Virus record (IMG/VR): IMGVR_UViG_3300045988_062794
Source of the DNA: a virus
Length of the DNA: 64,000 bases
Direction: 5' to 3' (one strand)
How positions within the stretch are numbered: the first letter of the stretch is position 1; each line of letters begins with the position of its first letter. Position numbers and translations under genes: made by a program. Shown here piece by piece: positions 55,801-64,000 of the stretch. Below the pieces are notes generated by a model. The model searched no databases, was not told where the DNA came from, and saw only the letters and a list, made by a program, of their open reading frames with translations.

Positions 55801-58800
55801 AGCCATATCAGGTTTTCTATTACCCTGCTCATCAGTTATCATAAATTCACTGTTATAGAAATTTCTATTCCAGTCACTTACAATACGCTTACCATTACGT
55901 ACATTTACACTACCACCTAAGTTAGATATGTACATTACCTCATTAGTACCCACATCTTGATATCCTACAGTAAGGAAATTGTGTCTAAATCCAGTAATAG
56001 TTTGGAATATCTGTGTCTGTAAGTTAGAGTCTTTTATCTTAGATAATCTATTATATACAGAAGCAAAGAAAGGATCTGTTTTAGATAATTGAGCAGCTTT
56101 ACGTATTAAGCCACCATAACTATCTTCATCAAATAGCTTATCTACAATTCTACGCCAAGCTGCCACAAATGGAGTTACACGTGGAATACCTGTTTCAGGA
56201 TTAATATCCCTAGTATAGGTTTTAGTAGCAGTGTTATATACACGATCTTCTATTGAAGATAGAAACAGTTTAACAGCTGGTCTAATGTTGTGTAGAATGG
56301 ATACTTCATAAGATGCTTTATCATATTTATCAAAGTTATCCTTTTCTATTTCACCACCATCACGTTCTTCTGTTTCTTCATACTCTTGCTCTTCCTTGAT
56401 TTGCTTTAAGCTTAACTCTGCTAACTTTGATTGTACATCCTGTTTGAATATACTAAAATTATCAAACAGTTCTTTAGCAGCAGCTCTCTGTTCAGGTGTA
56501 GCAGCTTCATCATATGAAAGATCTTCTAAGAATTCTCTCATATCATTGTAGTCTATGTTAATTCTAGATAAGTCATCTACTATATCTTCAGTAGTCATAG
56601 ACTGGCTAATATAAGATGTAGTAAAGTAATCTACAGCCTGGAAATAACTATCAAGAGATTTAATATTCTGAAATTCATGACCATGCTGTGTGAAATTAAC
56701 CCGATCACCATAAGCTGCTACAAATCTATCCTTAGCTTCTTGTGTTACAGGTACATTAGCATATTTACCTTCATATATACCTCTAAAGATGCTCGTAGGT
56801 CTTATTTTACCTACTAAGGAGTATACAAAATCTATAAGCTTATTAAACCATTTAGTAATTCTATAAACCTTAGAAGGTACAGTTTCAAGCATATACTTTC
56901 TAAAGTCTTCAGCCAATGCTTCTTCAACTTGTTTGTTAGAAGCATTTTTCATATTTTCATGAGAAGCTCTGTAAGAATCATATACTTTATTACGCTGCTG
57001 TTCGGACATTAACAATAGAGATACCCTATGGTATGCTTCATGGTATTCAACACCAGCTGGGTCACTAGAGTAAAGATGAATAGCATCTTGTGTCATATGA
57101 GATAATGCTGTAGCTGGCATATCAGAAGATACTGCTACATCAATTATATCAATTTCAGCATCAGACATACCTAACTTCTCTTTCAAGAAGTTACGTGCTT
57201 GAACCTTATTCATCTTTTCTTTAGAAGTATATGTCTTCTTAGGAGTAAAGTTTACTCTTACTTCAGTTTCACTACCACCAAATGTATTAAGATCGCGGAA
57301 TGTACGACGTTTGCGAGTAGGAGCAGGTTTCTCTTCTACTGTAGGTTGTTCAACTTGAGGTTCACTTACTGTTGGAACAGCTGTAGAATTAGGAATATTA
57401 GTTGGAGCATCCTGAGTAATACCATCAGCAATGACGAATGGTCTTTCATATCTCTCTGTATTAAGATTAGATTTTAACATACCATTCTTAATCATCCATG
57501 CTAATAAAGAATGATCTAAGTCATCTTTAGTAAATACTACGCCAGGCACTAATTCTAATCTACCATTAGCTTTTTCTACACTACTTGCTAGTCTTCCTTG
57601 AAATAGATCTCTAAGCTTCATGTCTACTGACACAACATCGTTGTTTTTTGAAGGTACCTTAAAGGGCATAGAACCTTCTTTCATAAGCCAATCTACAAAA
57701 GCTTTTCTCTCTTTATCTCTCTGGTCTGATGTTAAGCCAGCAATTGAGGTGCTATTATTACCATATACTAATTTACCTACTACACCACTGTTATCTACAT
57801 ATAACTGCTTATTACGTAAGTTTTTAGCAGCAGCATCACTAATGTCACTATTATCTTTTACTTGGGTAGCTTCTCCATAATTCAAGAATAACTTGATTAA
57901 GTCAGAGCCAATAAGATCTGTATTACCTATCTTATCATAGCTTGAGAACCCAGACTTAAACACAATAGTAGATAATAGATTAGCTAGTTCTTCTAAGTTG
58001 TTATAACTTACTGTGCTAATCTTTAATGGCAATGGTCTACCTGATAAACGTTTGTTGCCAGCTATAATATAATATACACCACCTGAAGTAGTACCAGTAA
58101 AACCAGTATTATCCCCATGTATAGTATATATAGTTTCAGCAGATCTTACGCCAGTGCTGTAACCAAAGTTATCAAGTTCTTCATCTAAGTTAGTACTTAA
58201 CTGTAAGATATTATTGAACTTAGCATCATTAATAGGAGCATACTTACTAATACCTTCTACTGCATTATGTATTAATGTACGTGTAGGAGTTACTTTGATA
58301 TTATAATCTATTGCATTAGTAAGATTACCATTAGAATCTTTCACAACAAATCTAGATATAATATCAGCACGTGCAGCCCTAAGATCATTTATTAAAGTAT
58401 TATACTCTTCACTAGTATCTCCTACTCTAAGATTATTAGGACTACGCATAGCTAACCAGTATTTCTTACCAGTTTTACTATCTGTAATTATCATACCTAC
58501 CCTAGCCCAATCATATGTAGCTGGATTGTTCCATTTTACTTTAGTACTATTGGTCTTATAGTGTATAAAAGGTGCTACAGAATATTCAAATGATAAGTCA
58601 CTTAATCTAGTACGGAATAACTCTGGTAATTCCGTATTAAGTGAGAATGTTACTCGATTACCGTTTGCAAAAGTTATTGTTTCGCTTAATTGAGCATCGT
58701 GTTTATAGTGAAAGGTATTGAGGATACCTAATCTACTATCTTCTGAAAAGTCCTTTAATTCATTATCGGTAATCGCATCTGCTGGAATGGCTTCTGGAGC

Positions 58801-61800
58801 TTGTGGAGTTGGTAATACGCCAGCTTTGGTAGCTTCTTCTACTTGACTTTCTGTAAGATCACTCACGGGTGTATCAAAGAGATCATCCACAGTAATAGCA
58901 GCAACTTCTTGAGGAGAACTCATTCTAGCTCTATCTTCCTCTGGCATCTGATAATAAGCAGTAGTATAAGCACCTTTAATAGAATCAAAGTGAGTAGTTA
59001 ACTTTTCCCTATTGTTACCAATAGCCTCATACATATTCAGGGCTACTTCTTTAAATTTGTATGCACCTAAATTAAACGCATTACCTAATAATTTTAAGAA
59101 AGCAACAAATATCTTTGCTTGTTTCTCAGCATTTGCTGCTGGGTCAAAGGCAAAGCCCACACTATTGTCGTCAAGTAAATCAAAGAAATCTTGAACGGAC
59201 TTATTGAACTTAGCTTTAGCATCCTGAGCATCTTGTTTAGCTTTTGCTGCTTTACTAGGTTTAGATACTTCTACTGCTTCACCACCTCTTTCATCAAATA
59301 CACCTTCGCCTGTAGGATCACCAAAACCACCTGCAAAAGGATCTTCATCAGAACTTAATATGTCATTATTTACTACAGGTTTTTCCTTTTCTGTATCTGT
59401 TGTATCTATAGAAGAAGGAGCAGCAGTAGCAGCAGGTTGAACAGTAGGTGTACCTAAGCCTATATCTTGACCTTCTGCAGCAGCTATTAAAGCTGCATCT
59501 GCTTCATCCAGCTCACTAGCACTTATGGTTCTTCTAGGTTTACTTGGCTTAACCGGTTTGATAGGTTTAGTGGGAGTGACCGGTTTAACTTGTTCTACAG
59601 TAGGAGCAGGTTGTTCTGTAACTGTACCAGTGGGTACTGTAACAGGTTTAGATGGTACTACAGGCTTATTAACAGTTTGTTGTTCAGTAACACCAGTAGT
59701 TCCTTCCATCATCTCTCTGCTCTGTTCTTTCTTAGCTTGATAAAGCTCAAGCATTTCATCAATGAGCTTTTCACCCTGAGCATTATGAATGTTACGTAAA
59801 GCCTTTAATTTAAGGTTTCTACGCTTTTTAGGCGTTTTCTTTTCCTTAGCCTCAGTAATGATATCAGCACGTTGTGAAGCCTCTGTAGGGGTTATTTTAG
59901 CACCATTCTCAATACCATTGAAAGCATTATAAATTTCCTGGTTTCTTTCAGCGTTAATTTCTGAGAATAATCTATCTTCTATAGCATTCTCATATTCAGT
60001 AACTTCATTGAAAGCACCAACAGATGCCACCTGGTTATTTAATAATGTCTTATCACCAGTATAGTTCTTATACCAGGATGGCATTGCTTTATCTATAGAC
60101 TTCTTTCTTGCTTGAAGTCTATAACGCATATCATCTAGTTTAGCTAAAGTATATTCATTACCTCTTAATTCAGCAGGATTAGATGTTGATTTAACTATTT
60201 CTGTAGCATTATTAACCTCATTGAGCATATTATCTAACACTCTCTGTTGTTCTTGTAACTTAAATAGTTCTCTAATCTCATCTTTAGATACAATTTGGTC
60301 TGTAGATTGAGCATTGTTATTAATGACATTAAATGCGTTGTCTACAGCTTTTTCCATCTGAGTAGATAATACTGCATTTGAATTAAGTGCTTGTGCTTTA
60401 CTAGTAAGTTGCTGATTCTTATCCGTAAGGTCTTCTAATGAAGCTTTAAAATCTTTCTCAGCTTGCATATACAAACCTACTAAGTTACCAAATTCTTCAG
60501 TATTCAGTTCTATGCCTAAATTCTCAGCTAGGTCTTTCATCCTATCAGATTTAGCCACAGTAAATACACGAGATGCAAACTGTGCTTCTTCTAAAGCATC
60601 ATCACTTGTAAAACCTTCTGGTAGATTCTCTGTAGGTCCTTCAGCTAGATTAGCCCATGCATTAACTACTTCAGATTCAACACCTTTAAACTTGCCACTA
60701 GCATAGGTAACTGCTTTAGACATATCTTCTTTAGTATTGATCTCACCTACAGCAAGTTCATTTACTTTATCCATCCCTTTAGTTTCCTTATACAAGGAGT
60801 ATGCTCCTCGAGCATTTACACCTACTTGCATAGGGGATAAAAGACTAGCAGCTGCACCAAGCTTTACATTATTCCAGTACTCACTGTCGTTCTCATACAA
60901 AGCATCCTGGTAACCAAAAGGACTACCAAGTATATTTGCAAGGGTTCTACCTTTTTCTTTATAAGCACCAAACAGAGATGAAGCTAATCCTTCTAGATTC
61001 AAATCACTATCATCAAAGTCACCTCTTTTATAAGCTGCGCCAGTAGTATATTGTGCGCCCTCTTCTAATGCTTCATTAAAAGAAGTAGCAAGATTACGCA
61101 CTGCTAAATCACCGCCTATATAAGCAGCTTTAGCAGCTCTACTAGCCCAACTTCTAGTTGCTTTATCTATAGCATTTCTACCTAATATATATTTAGATAG
61201 AGTCTTTTTAGCAGCATCAGCAGCTTTATCACCTATTGCTTCAATAGGGTCTGATAATAAAGCACCTTTCTTTATAGTCTTACCTAACCAACCATCAGCA
61301 ATTTTACCAAAGTATGGTAACATGATAACATCACTAGCTAAATTAGATGCGTAGGTAATTGACATATTTTGAGCAAAATCTCTATCTAAACCTTGTCTTG
61401 CTTGTATCTGAGCTTCTGCTAAGATAGGATTAGTAGATTCAATCTGACCATCTAATATCTTTTCAAATATCTTATCGTCAGATAACCTTGCATATCTTTC
61501 ATCTAGACCGTTTGCACGAGCTTCATCTGCAATGTTGGAAATAGTTAAACCTGTGCTAGTAATTAACTGAGTTACTCTATCTCTATAATCATCTGCAACA
61601 TTAGCGTTAGCTTCATTTTCAGCTTGCTTATAGTTAGAATAAAGTAACATACCAGCATTAGCTACGTCTAAAGCAGCTGATATAGCACCTACTGTACCAG
61701 CAGCTACACCACCAACAGTACCACCTGCAGCAGTACCAGCACCAGGTACAACACTACCTGCTATAGCACCTGAAGCTGCCCCTATAGCTGCTTTAGAGAT

Positions 61801-62619
61801 TGCCTTTTTGAAGACGGATCTAAGAGCGGTAGAAGCATATGGAGCTACTTGCCACAACCATGCGGATGAAGAAGAACCTACAGCTTGTGGTACAGTATAT
61901 ATCCATTTACTTGGCTCTGTCCACTTAAACTCTTGATTCTCACTCATAGCTTGTTCAAATCTAGAATCTACTTTATATCTTTCAATATCAGCTTCATCTG
62001 TTTCAATATCTGCATAGAGTTCATTAGCTTTATTCTGATAGGACTTTAAGTCTGCTTCTTGCTTTTCTCTGATATCAGAAATATTGCTCATATCAGGAGA
62101 TACACCTAGAGACATTAATGCTTCTCTAGTGTTATACAAGTTACTATCTATATTGCTCAATTCATTCTGAATCTGTGATATCTCAGTGTCATCTTGTGAA
62201 ACTGCTAAATGGTTTAGCAAGTTATTTCTTTGACTCACTAAACCATTATAAGTTTCAAACAAATTAATGTTCGATTTAATTCTATCCATCTGTGGTAATA
62301 CTTCACGTCTAAGTATACCCTGAGTATTAGCCAATTGTGCTTCGTTCATAGCACGTAAAGAAGCTGCCACAGAGTTAGTTATTAAATCATATGTACTAAG
62401 ATTATTACGAGATTCGTCTAATGTGTCATCAGTATCTAGAGCTGGCTTATAAGAATCTTTCTGATAACTAGCAAGATCTCTAAGTATTTCATGAGGACTA
62501 ATAGTACTACCTACTTCAGGGTTTACAGTACCGTTAGAAGCACCTAAATAATCTTCATAATTCTTCTTGCGAAGCTCTATTGCCAATGGAACACCACTGT
62601 TGTTTTTAGTTTTCTCCAT
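49840..62619 (-). CDS. giant virion protein (4259 aa) containing the crAss-type virion RNA polymerase catalytic domain plus an HExxH module
   Basis: AYRVPTQGMSSIAALTIRDVV...ARTGSDFDIDKLF, with DFDID at aa 3326-3330 (52630-52644). HEAYH at aa 1860-1864 (57028-57042). Gly/Ala-rich hydrophobic patch at aa ~285-335. P/T/V/K-rich linker at aa ~975-1025. Confidence 0.85.
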   Translation of the reverse strand: MEKTKNNSGVPLAIELRKKNYEDYLGASNGTVNPEVGSTISPHEILRDLASYQKDSYKPALDTDDTLDESRNNLSTYDLITNSVAASLRAMNEAQLANTQGILRREVLPQMDRIKSNINLFETYNGLVSQRNNLLNHLAVSQDDTEISQIQNELSNIDSNLYNTREALMSLGVSPDMSNISDIREKQEADLKSYQNKANELYADIETDEADIERYKVDSRFEQAMSENQEFKWTEPSKWIYTVPQAVGSSSSAWLWQVAPYASTALRSVFKKAISKAAIGAASGAIAGSVVPGAGTAAGGTVGGVAAGTVGAISAALDVANAGMLLYSNYKQAENEANANVADDYRDRVTQLITSTGLTISNIADEARANGLDERYARLSDDKIFEKILDGQIESTNPILAEAQIQARQGLDRDFAQNMSITYASNLASDVIMLPYFGKIADGWLGKTIKKGALLSDPIEAIGDKAADAAKKTLSKYILGRNAIDKATRSWASRAAKAAYIGGDLAVRNLATSFNEALEEGAQYTTGAAYKRGDFDDSDLNLEGLASSLFGAYKEKGRTLANILGSPFGYQDALYENDSEYWNNVKLGAAASLLSPMQVGVNARGAYSLYKETKGMDKVNELAVGEINTKEDMSKAVTYASGKFKGVESEVVNAWANLAEGPTENLPEGFTSDDALEEAQFASRVFTVAKSDRMKDLAENLGIELNTEEFGNLVGLYMQAEKDFKASLEDLTDKNQQLTSKAQALNSNAVLSTQMEKAVDNAFNVINNNAQSTDQIVSKDEIRELFKLQEQQRVLDNMLNEVNNATEIVKSTSNPAELRGNEYTLAKLDDMRYRLQARKKSIDKAMPSWYKNYTGDKTLLNNQVASVGAFNEVTEYENAIEDRLFSEINAERNQEIYNAFNGIENGAKITPTEASQRADIITEAKEKKTPKKRRNLKLKALRNIHNAQGEKLIDEMLELYQAKKEQSREMMEGTTGVTEQQTVNKPVVPSKPVTVPTGTVTEQPAPTVEQVKPVTPTKPIKPVKPSKPRRTISASELDEADAALIAAAEGQDIGLGTPTVQPAATAAPSSIDTTDTEKEKPVVNNDILSSDEDPFAGGFGDPTGEGVFDERGGEAVEVSKPSKAAKAKQDAQDAKAKFNKSVQDFFDLLDDNSVGFAFDPAANAEKQAKIFVAFLKLLGNAFNLGAYKFKEVALNMYEAIGNNREKLTTHFDSIKGAYTTAYYQMPEEDRARMSSPQEVAAITVDDLFDTPVSDLTESQVEEATKAGVLPTPQAPEAIPADAITDNELKDFSEDSRLGILNTFHYKHDAQLSETITFANGNRVTFSLNTELPELFRTRLSDLSFEYSVAPFIHYKTNSTKVKWNNPATYDWARVGMIITDSKTGKKYWLAMRSPNNLRVGDTSEEYNTLINDLRAARADIISRFVVKDSNGNLTNAIDYNIKVTPTRTLIHNAVEGISKYAPINDAKFNNILQLSTNLDEELDNFGYSTGVRSAETIYTIHGDNTGFTGTTSGGVYYIIAGNKRLSGRPLPLKISTVSYNNLEELANLLSTIVFKSGFSSYDKIGNTDLIGSDLIKLFLNYGEATQVKDNSDISDAAAKNLRNKQLYVDNSGVVGKLVYGNNSTSIAGLTSDQRDKERKAFVDWLMKEGSMPFKVPSKNNDVVSVDMKLRDLFQGRLASSVEKANGRLELVPGVVFTKDDLDHSLLAWMIKNGMLKSNLNTERYERPFVIADGITQDAPTNIPNSTAVPTVSEPQVEQPTVEEKPAPTRKRRTFRDLNTFGGSETEVRVNFTPKKTYTSKEKMNKVQARNFLKEKLGMSDAEIDIIDVAVSSDMPATALSHMTQDAIHLYSSDPAGVEYHEAYHRVSLLLMSEQQRNKVYDSYRASHENMKNASNKQVEEALAEDFRKYMLETVPSKVYRITKWFNKLIDFVYSLVGKIRPTSIFRGIYEGKYANVPVTQEAKDRFVAAYGDRVNFTQHGHEFQNIKSLDSYFQAVDYFTTSYISQSMTTEDIVDDLSRINIDYNDMREFLEDLSYDEAATPEQRAAAKELFDNFSIFKQDVQSKLAELSLKQIKEEQEYEETEERDGGEIEKDNFDKYDKASYEVSILHNIRPAVKLFLSSIEDRVYNTATKTYTRDINPETGIPRVTPFVAAWRRIVDKLFDEDSYGGLIRKAAQLSKTDPFFASVYNRLSKIKDSNLQTQIFQTITGFRHNFLTVGYQDVGTNEVMYISNLGGSVNVRNGKRIVSDWNRNFYNSEFMITDEQGNRKPDMAKLKELRDELTKATNELAKLTDSSTNEDLSQALYKLLDIYNKIGISITYDTLFQAIVDKVSAINSVNKPTILQAAKDLLTSNRDGSLAKAIPEILRRPVKDKPSDRIKRTADAIFTGENSILNLAIVHYQLNNNNLEEKVLGPKNTTVYPLSKHNYITLEIKKLNNDRSYVNKLLKCPINSSSIVYNQLKSNPNTRLTVGTLLNITEYNSGNTGTDYQSAPKVETFISKFTLSENDILVLPTMSDKKTYMPIQGLRLFKDRTMEIVPLDGELSIRMSKDVIEQFYKYYKSEYDAILQYRRMKLAEDQIDDANRPTMYFGKKGKDTGKGGKFRIARGVWHTDENGNTNYIDFNSLSDQELMDTFNNVAQLKEDINTTLIHRAHEQLMYVQKLGLIEQKKSGLWSNKFLPVSSINERSNNYANTYAQLSGSQNKMLRENLAIMDAIWTFTVNHFVSMFETEKVIYKDVAFFKNYPDVSKRLAGTLSTGDRPRLDFTDPNHIMNKIPRYKNGRYNVAGLKDIETHTNQPKELYKAIYRAYVRELMENDGNYTKEFIDNVFESDDLFSHEDIPQAIKDKAKTSTERDLKLYGDITMDKEGNITINTEDNPINQADASVYCSPTMYKAILATQGLLDAETEAAIDYVEEHADDLGDVRKYINTLAAVMSPKKMVYFGNEILEPLQGEFINMPIFNKMAIFPLFKVLATGDLKALYDRMNDTTNPIDMFTTKSAVKVGNIVEYDFYTDTSQSQISEEFTKDENGSYNKPITFRQQSFGNLLNQMPIEAHEAEKRMLVTQAMKTVYSNIRLDGDYYLPNGKKLSGRELRDYAMRAIDDLSDRGLNRLLKDLHAVKNEDGTFTFKDLQGISDSLVRDLIASNTDSDIVNQVALNERGEFNVPISASPLSKQLVTKLISKVNKETVDINLPGGTFVQMSSFGMKSIDKLSQAEAKQDYSKYMVNEGRKLMLKNENNSMDCVISINLLKHIIPGYDNMSFLEARQWLIDNHIIGDNASPSSMAYRVPTQGMSSIAALTIRDVVMSQAGDIIILPDEFTARTGSDFDIDKLFLTRYNYTTKRSNKLGRNATNAERENALKGYDAWADEVLAIRNGEPVTRRNSMKASEAINEYLKSKNSNVRYDNTDGNYKVYEYVTAKTEYNFDKPMSENSQGAVENLLIDTFMASLLDPKNVHDTTRPLDVPVNIMKKGIVEVYFLDVKNNQALFEYTEAYQDNLKQDFADSKSGIGPFALNNPHHVLGQLVELVMQAPEYMPKFGNLHRVSGVDDIHILDWLSALISAHVDVAKDNYIIKLNVNTFTYNVTNLLLRSGAGKNTMYFVSQEIMKRMAQDYIQSKGTYAIDSTKSFQSRYNEKEKAILEEFTKKANQAATNKIQRDAITNLLNNDKLSCDELFEIPEAGKLGYLENLLRKANEKEKDFDYYYGQLLVYKMYKQIDPMARALSDLVKASQVDTKKFGKNAIEMRQFLDKIADVQSSPYFTPEMIDKFYKDTFLQKKIDNSIIFTLNLLGNINIQSKDKYYNKFRSFVNASGLATISNKQAITAITNAIDSFWRSTALYADSSSPLINSMRELNRLFIGTDSIAKRLNRLKKDILADKANNGNKYPMISVTNGRISNLFLNSITGVTDTTNKGIDYIRLDYSDDINSNASRQIREYWQELLDSNVPELHDFAYDLIRYAVFSGTGIKHLNSLFDFIPQRALEEIGYFDAVRNIEDDTVDFDLLFTKEDIDEIYRNNWQNDTLVPTVNLTRKGIYKLTAVVRGKLTNVAFKGSDKRALCKNLEGISIYHPYVKVRNNRSTGNFDLYKYIGTFVKDDGKQIIEKPVYILVNKKGYREGGKGMVTEYLSKWVVGETASRYSIIPGNNVAPSYSNYGGNFLEDVPELINNNVIPKLNSQTNDVTKAGLDGVFHPASSIDYMFGLDGNNNDIRYQLNEEMSEDGEVEQASEVRPTTEGQSTETTSDFNDKNEFPTDEMNHCIKS

Positions 62620-64000
62620 AGATCAAATCTTCATTACTTTGTCTATAATTTATATTACCTTTAGAACCTAATTTGCTATATTGGAACTCTTCAAGATTTG
62701 CTCTTTCTCTTGTTTGTTCATTATTGAGTACCCCTTTCATAACCGGTATCTCAATGTATACCCCATTATATTGAGTTTCATGACCAGGTGCAAATGTACC
62801 ATCATCTGCAATTCTCACACTCTTAATATCAGCAATTCTGCCATTATAGTTAGGTATCTTACCATTTAGACTATTTACAAACTTTTGGAAGTCTTCATTC
62901 TTTATAATATCTTCAGATGTATCGTCCCCAAAGAAACCAGTATCAAAGTAGTCTTTATAGATGTCTTTATTGTTTAAGAAATAATCTACTGGTATATATG
63001 CTTTATATTCCTGAGTATATGATTCATTACCGGGAAGACCGTTCTCAAGTAATACTTTACTGGTAGGAGTAATACCCATATTGGGTATATTATTATTAAT
63101 GAGATCCTGTTCAAACTTAGTTCTAGCTGAACTCCAATTAGCACTATTAACAGGTACACCCATCTTAGCATTAACATACTGCTCTTGTGTCATCATACCA
63201 AATATATTATTACCAGAGTAAATAGGACTACCATTGATACCCTTTACTACTGAATTCTTATCAAGCTCAGCATCGTTGATAAAGTTAGCTTGAGAACCTA
63301 TATCTGTTGATAATTCTTCCCATACTGTCTTAGCAGTTTTGTTACGGTTTAACGGTAATTGTTTACCGCTTTCTGTAACTCTATCTACATAGGCTTTTTG
63401 CCATTTACTACCAGGTGTAAATGTCTTTTGAGCTCTTTCAAATTGAGAATTATATTTTATGGTTACACCATCTTCAGTTTTGACTGTGCCTGGTTTACTT
63501 AGCAGTGTAGAAGCAAGTTTAGTAGAGAATTGAACTGGCATAGTCTCTTCTCCAGATGCTTTCTTTGTAGCAGTAGCTCTAGCTGTAATTAAAGAGAAAG
63601 GATTAACCTCTCTAGTAGGTCTAATAGTTCTATCAATATTAGATTCTACAATAGAATCTCTTAGCCACTGAATTGCTTCAGCATCACTTGCTCCTGTATT
63701 TCTCTTATAAACTTCCATATGCTTTTGAGCTTCTGGAGTGTTTACTATATCGTTCAGGTGAGCATCTGCTACTTTCTCAATATCACCGCGTGTATTACCG
63801 AAATAATCGTAATTACCATCTGTATATAAAAAACCCTTCTGTAATTTAGCATAATAAGGATCTGCTAATTCTCTAATATCTTTATATGCTAAAGGAGCAA
63901 TATCGTTGAAAATACCTGATTTTGTACTATCATAGTTTGCAAAGTCTACATTATGCCACATCTCATTAAATTTACCAGCAGCAGCTAACTGTTGATTAAA
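62606..64000 (-). CDS. large virion-block protein, at least 464 aa, probably 5'-truncated by the window edge
   Basis: The frame of the 451-aa track ORF stays open upstream of its first ATG (63961) through to position 64000 (FNQQLAAAGKFNE-MWHN...). It overlaps the start of the 4259-aa gene by 14 nt. Confidence 0.6.
   Translation of the reverse strand, partial: FNQQLAAAGKFNEMWHNVDFANYDSTKSGIFNDIAPLAYKDIRELADPYYAKLQKGFLYTDGNYDYFGNTRGDIEKVADAHLNDIVNTPEAQKHMEVYKRNTGASDAEAIQWLRDSIVESNIDRTIRPTREVNPFSLITARATATKKASGEETMPVQFSTKLASTLLSKPGTVKTEDGVTIKYNSQFERAQKTFTPGSKWQKAYVDRVTESGKQLPLNRNKTAKTVWEELSTDIGSQANFINDAELDKNSVVKGINGSPIYSGNNIFGMMTQEQYVNAKMGVPVNSANWSSARTKFEQDLINNNIPNMGITPTSKVLLENGLPGNESYTQEYKAYIPVDYFLNNKDIYKDYFDTGFFGDDTSEDIIKNEDFQKFVNSLNGKIPNYNGRIADIKSVRIADDGTFAPGHETQYNGVYIEIPVMKGVLNNEQTRERANLEEFQYSKLGSKGNINYRQSNEDLIYGEN

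Noticed and set aside
42388-62619. About 20 plus-strand ORFs of 60-109 codons inside the giant minus-strand genes (for example 44525..44722, 50891..51220, 57199..57477, 59525..59740)
   Set aside because: They lie antisense to long, motif-bearing ORFs. They are rich in Leu/Ser/Phe/Ile, as expected for the reverse complement of AT-rich coding sequence, and have no start context. They are shadow ORFs.
1-64000. Stop-codon reassignment (TAG or TGA recoding with suppressor tRNAs, known in some crAss-like phages)
   Set aside because: The late genes, including ORFs of 4259, 2481, 859 and 686 codons, are intact under the standard code. None of the tRNA-like elements has an anticodon loop, so none can be a suppressor. 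The ORF-free region contains all three stop codons in the frames I read.
1-64000. CRISPR arrays, integrase/excisionase, lysogeny repressor, transposases, rRNA genes
   Set aside because: None was seen. There are no regularly spaced repeats and no tyrosine or serine recombinase motifs. The only mobile-type gene is the HNH endonuclease.

Overview
This window is a 64-kb slice of an AT-rich, crAss-like (Crassvirales-type) phage genome, the kind associated with Bacteroidota hosts.

Layout:
(1) 1-10967, minus strand: late/packaging block. It holds the portal, large terminase, dUTPase, a dATP/dGTP-pyrophosphohydrolase-like protein, a ParB-like nuclease-domain protein and many small ORFs.
(2) 10968-11296: divergent control region.
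(3) 11297-13200, plus strand: three short transcription units. Each is bracketed by a shared bipartite motif (ATGCAYCAA-N20-ATTGTG) and a hairpin terminator. These are candidate immediate-early genes.
(4) 13232-42314, plus strand: early/middle and replication block. It holds an ECF-type sigma factor, AAA+ ATPases, family-B DNA polymerase, DnaB-like helicase, Sak4-like ATPase, SSB, DnaG-like primase, T7-endonuclease-I-like resolvase and a RecB-like exonuclease. One HNH endonuclease lies on the opposite strand.
(5) 42354-42385: bidirectional terminator.
(6) 42388-64000, minus strand: three very large virion-protein genes (2481 aa, 4259 aa, and at least 464 aa running off the edge). The 4259-aa protein carries the beta-prime-like RVPTQG...DFDID signature of the crAss-type virion RNA polymerase.

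Most unusual content:
(a) Seven plus-strand, intergenic tRNA-shaped elements keep a canonical acceptor stem and T arm but have no usable anticodon loop. Two are 66-nt twins with fully compensatory stem changes, and one is a bare acceptor/T-arm minihelix with an encoded ACCACCA.
(b) A 2.3-kb ORF-free, G+C-enriched, hairpin-dense stretch (24351-26644) sits inside an otherwise tightly packed genome.
(c) An early protein has a ribosomal bL12 (L7/L12) C-terminal-domain-like module.
(d) A tmRNA-like 5' motif plus a tag-like frame lies upstream of one tRNA-like element.
(e) Two giant multi-domain virion proteins carry three HExxH modules between them.

All calls come from reading and folding by hand. 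No database search, covariance model or folding program was run, so family names are recognition by eye and RNA folds are hypotheses.
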